Shown here: one piece after another, positions 62,693 through 64,000 of the stretch
How the letters are laid out: each line of letters opens with the position of its first letter
How positions within the stretch are numbered: position 1 is the first letter of the stretch
Sequence record: NC_041878.1
Direction: 5' to 3' (one strand)
Length of the DNA: 64,000 nucleotides
Program-made: the position numbers and the translations under genes
The notes under the pieces: model-generated
Told to the model about the DNA's origin: nothing
Database searches by the model: none
Seen by the model: only the letters and a program-made list of their open reading frames with translations

Positions 62693-64000
62693 ATGAGTGA
62701 CGCAATCAAAGAAGTACCAACAAATATTCTAAGCTATGATCTAAAACCTGCTCAAGTTGTAGAAGCAATGTCTGTGGCTGATGAAGTACATGATAGCTTA
62801 ATGATTTGGGGTTCTCCTGGTATCGGTAAATCCGCAATCGCATTGCAATATGCAAATGAAAATTATCCTCTCCTAAAAAATAATAAAGGCAAACTACATT
62901 ATCTTCTTCAACGTGCCGAAGATCCAGAAGATACATTAGTTACCATGCAAGATTATCATGATTTTAAAGATTCACTATTAGATCAAGAAACAAACTTTAT
63001 TGATTTTCGTTTATCACAAATCGAACCATCAGATCTTCGTGGTATTCCAATTCCAGTAAAAATGTATTATGATGCAAATGGAAAACAAATCCGTGAATCC
63101 GAAATTAGTCTCCACCCTGACTATGTTGAAGAAACTGGAGTTGTATGGGCTTCACCAAGTATTCTCAAATTACCTAAAGATTGGAAAGGCGTAATTCTGT
63201 TTGACGAAATCAACTCTGCAATGCCAATTGTTCAGGCAGCATCTTATCAGTTGATTCTAGATCGCCGTGTTGGTGAACTAGTACTACCAGAAAACGCACT
63301 AATTCTTGCAGCAGGTAACCGTGAAACTGATGGTGGTGTAACGTTTAGTCTAGCAACCCCACTTCGTGACCGCATGACTCACATTGAAATGATTCCAGAT
63401 TATAATGATTGGATTGAAAATTATGCAATTCCAAATATGCTAAATCCTGGTACGATTGCATTTATCAAACAAACTGGTTCGCGTCTATTCAATACACTAA
63501 GTCCTAAAGACCCAAGTCATTCCGGTGGTTCATCACCTCGTTCATGGACACGTGTATCAGATATTGAAAATGTTCGTAAACGTAAAAATACTTCTTCAGC
63601 AGTTTATAAAGCACTAATTGCTGGACGTGTGGGAAGTACTGCTGGTATTGAATATACTACTTATATTGAAAATATGGCTTCACTACCTGATGTGATGGAT
63701 ATTCTAGAAGGTACTGTTACTGATTTTGGTGAACATAAACAAGAAGTTTCAAAAAACTACTTTATTACAATCAGTCTTACACAAAAAATTATCGAATTTG
63801 GTCGTGCTCGTAATGAACGTAAAGAAGTTCCAGATGAAGATTGGGCTAGGTATGTTACTAACTTTATCAAGTTCATTGATAAAGAATTTTCTAAAGACCA
63901 AACCGAACTGATCATTTACTCAATTCGTACAATTACTGATGCTGAAATAAATATCACCTATAATGATGTTCCTGCATTCAAAGACTTTGTACGTAAGTAC
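62693..64000 (+). CDS. MoxR/AAA_5-like ATPase, truncated by the window end (not in ORF track)
   Basis: translated by hand: MSDAIKEV...IWGSPGIGKS (Walker A), DFRLSQIEPSDLRGIP, VILFDEIN (Walker B), AAGNR, PRSW. Confidence 0.85.
   Translation, partial: MSDAIKEVPTNILSYDLKPAQVVEAMSVADEVHDSLMIWGSPGIGKSAIALQYANENYPLLKNNKGKLHYLLQRAEDPEDTLVTMQDYHDFKDSLLDQETNFIDFRLSQIEPSDLRGIPIPVKMYYDANGKQIRESEISLHPDYVEETGVVWASPSILKLPKDWKGVILFDEINSAMPIVQAASYQLILDRRVGELVLPENALILAAGNRETDGGVTFSLATPLRDRMTHIEMIPDYNDWIENYAIPNMLNPGTIAFIKQTGSRLFNTLSPKDPSHSGGSSPRSWTRVSDIENVRKRKNTSSAVYKALIAGRVGSTAGIEYTTYIENMASLPDVMDILEGTVTDFGEHKQEVSKNYFITISLTQKIIEFGRARNERKEVPDEDWARYVTNFIKFIDKEFSKDQTELIIYSIRTITDAEINITYNDVPAFKDFVRKY

Overview
AT-rich, gene-dense 64-kb segment of a lytic jumbo myovirus. 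Essentially all credible genes lie on the + strand. T4-like virion genes (gp13-like neck, gp18 sheath, three gp19-like tube paralogues, gp4-like head-completion nuclease, gp1-like dNMP kinase), TAAATA late promoters, a two-component spanin and an FNR box point to a RaK2/GAP32-like phage of a Gram-negative, probably enterobacterial, host. This placement is inferred from gene content; no database search was run. The window carries nucleotide metabolism genes (nrdD/nrdG, tdk, dNMP kinase, two MazG-like proteins, a deaminase, Nudix, glutaredoxin). It also carries an unusually full tRNA/translation-maintenance kit (TyrRS, Thg1-like, CCA-adding enzyme, RNA ligase, TROVE-like/vWA protein, 2H phosphoesterase, HPF/RaiA, YqeY, degenerate Pth2-like), candidate counter-defence genes (NADAR, macrodomain, Lar-like, DNA MTase), an ACP-like protein and three paralogous ~900-aa virion proteins. 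Signals not explained by the gene list: (1) the palindrome AGTACT is iterated at about 3 per kb in all reading frames, roughly ten-fold above expectation, in a phage that encodes an SPPY-type (N4-cytosine-like) methyltransferase; (2) a ~470-nt, hairpin-rich, promoter-to-terminator non-coding unit at 32.26-32.74 kb; (3) a five-member promoter class TG(A/G)AAC-N17-TATA(A/G)T; (4) a terminator/antiterminator leader at 2.1-2.24 kb; (5) late promoters embedded in hairpins that sequester the RBS of structural genes; (6) an FNR/NrdR-like operator in front of nrdD; (7) three adjacent small proteins sharing one C-terminal FW motif. No tRNA genes or CRISPR arrays were seen.
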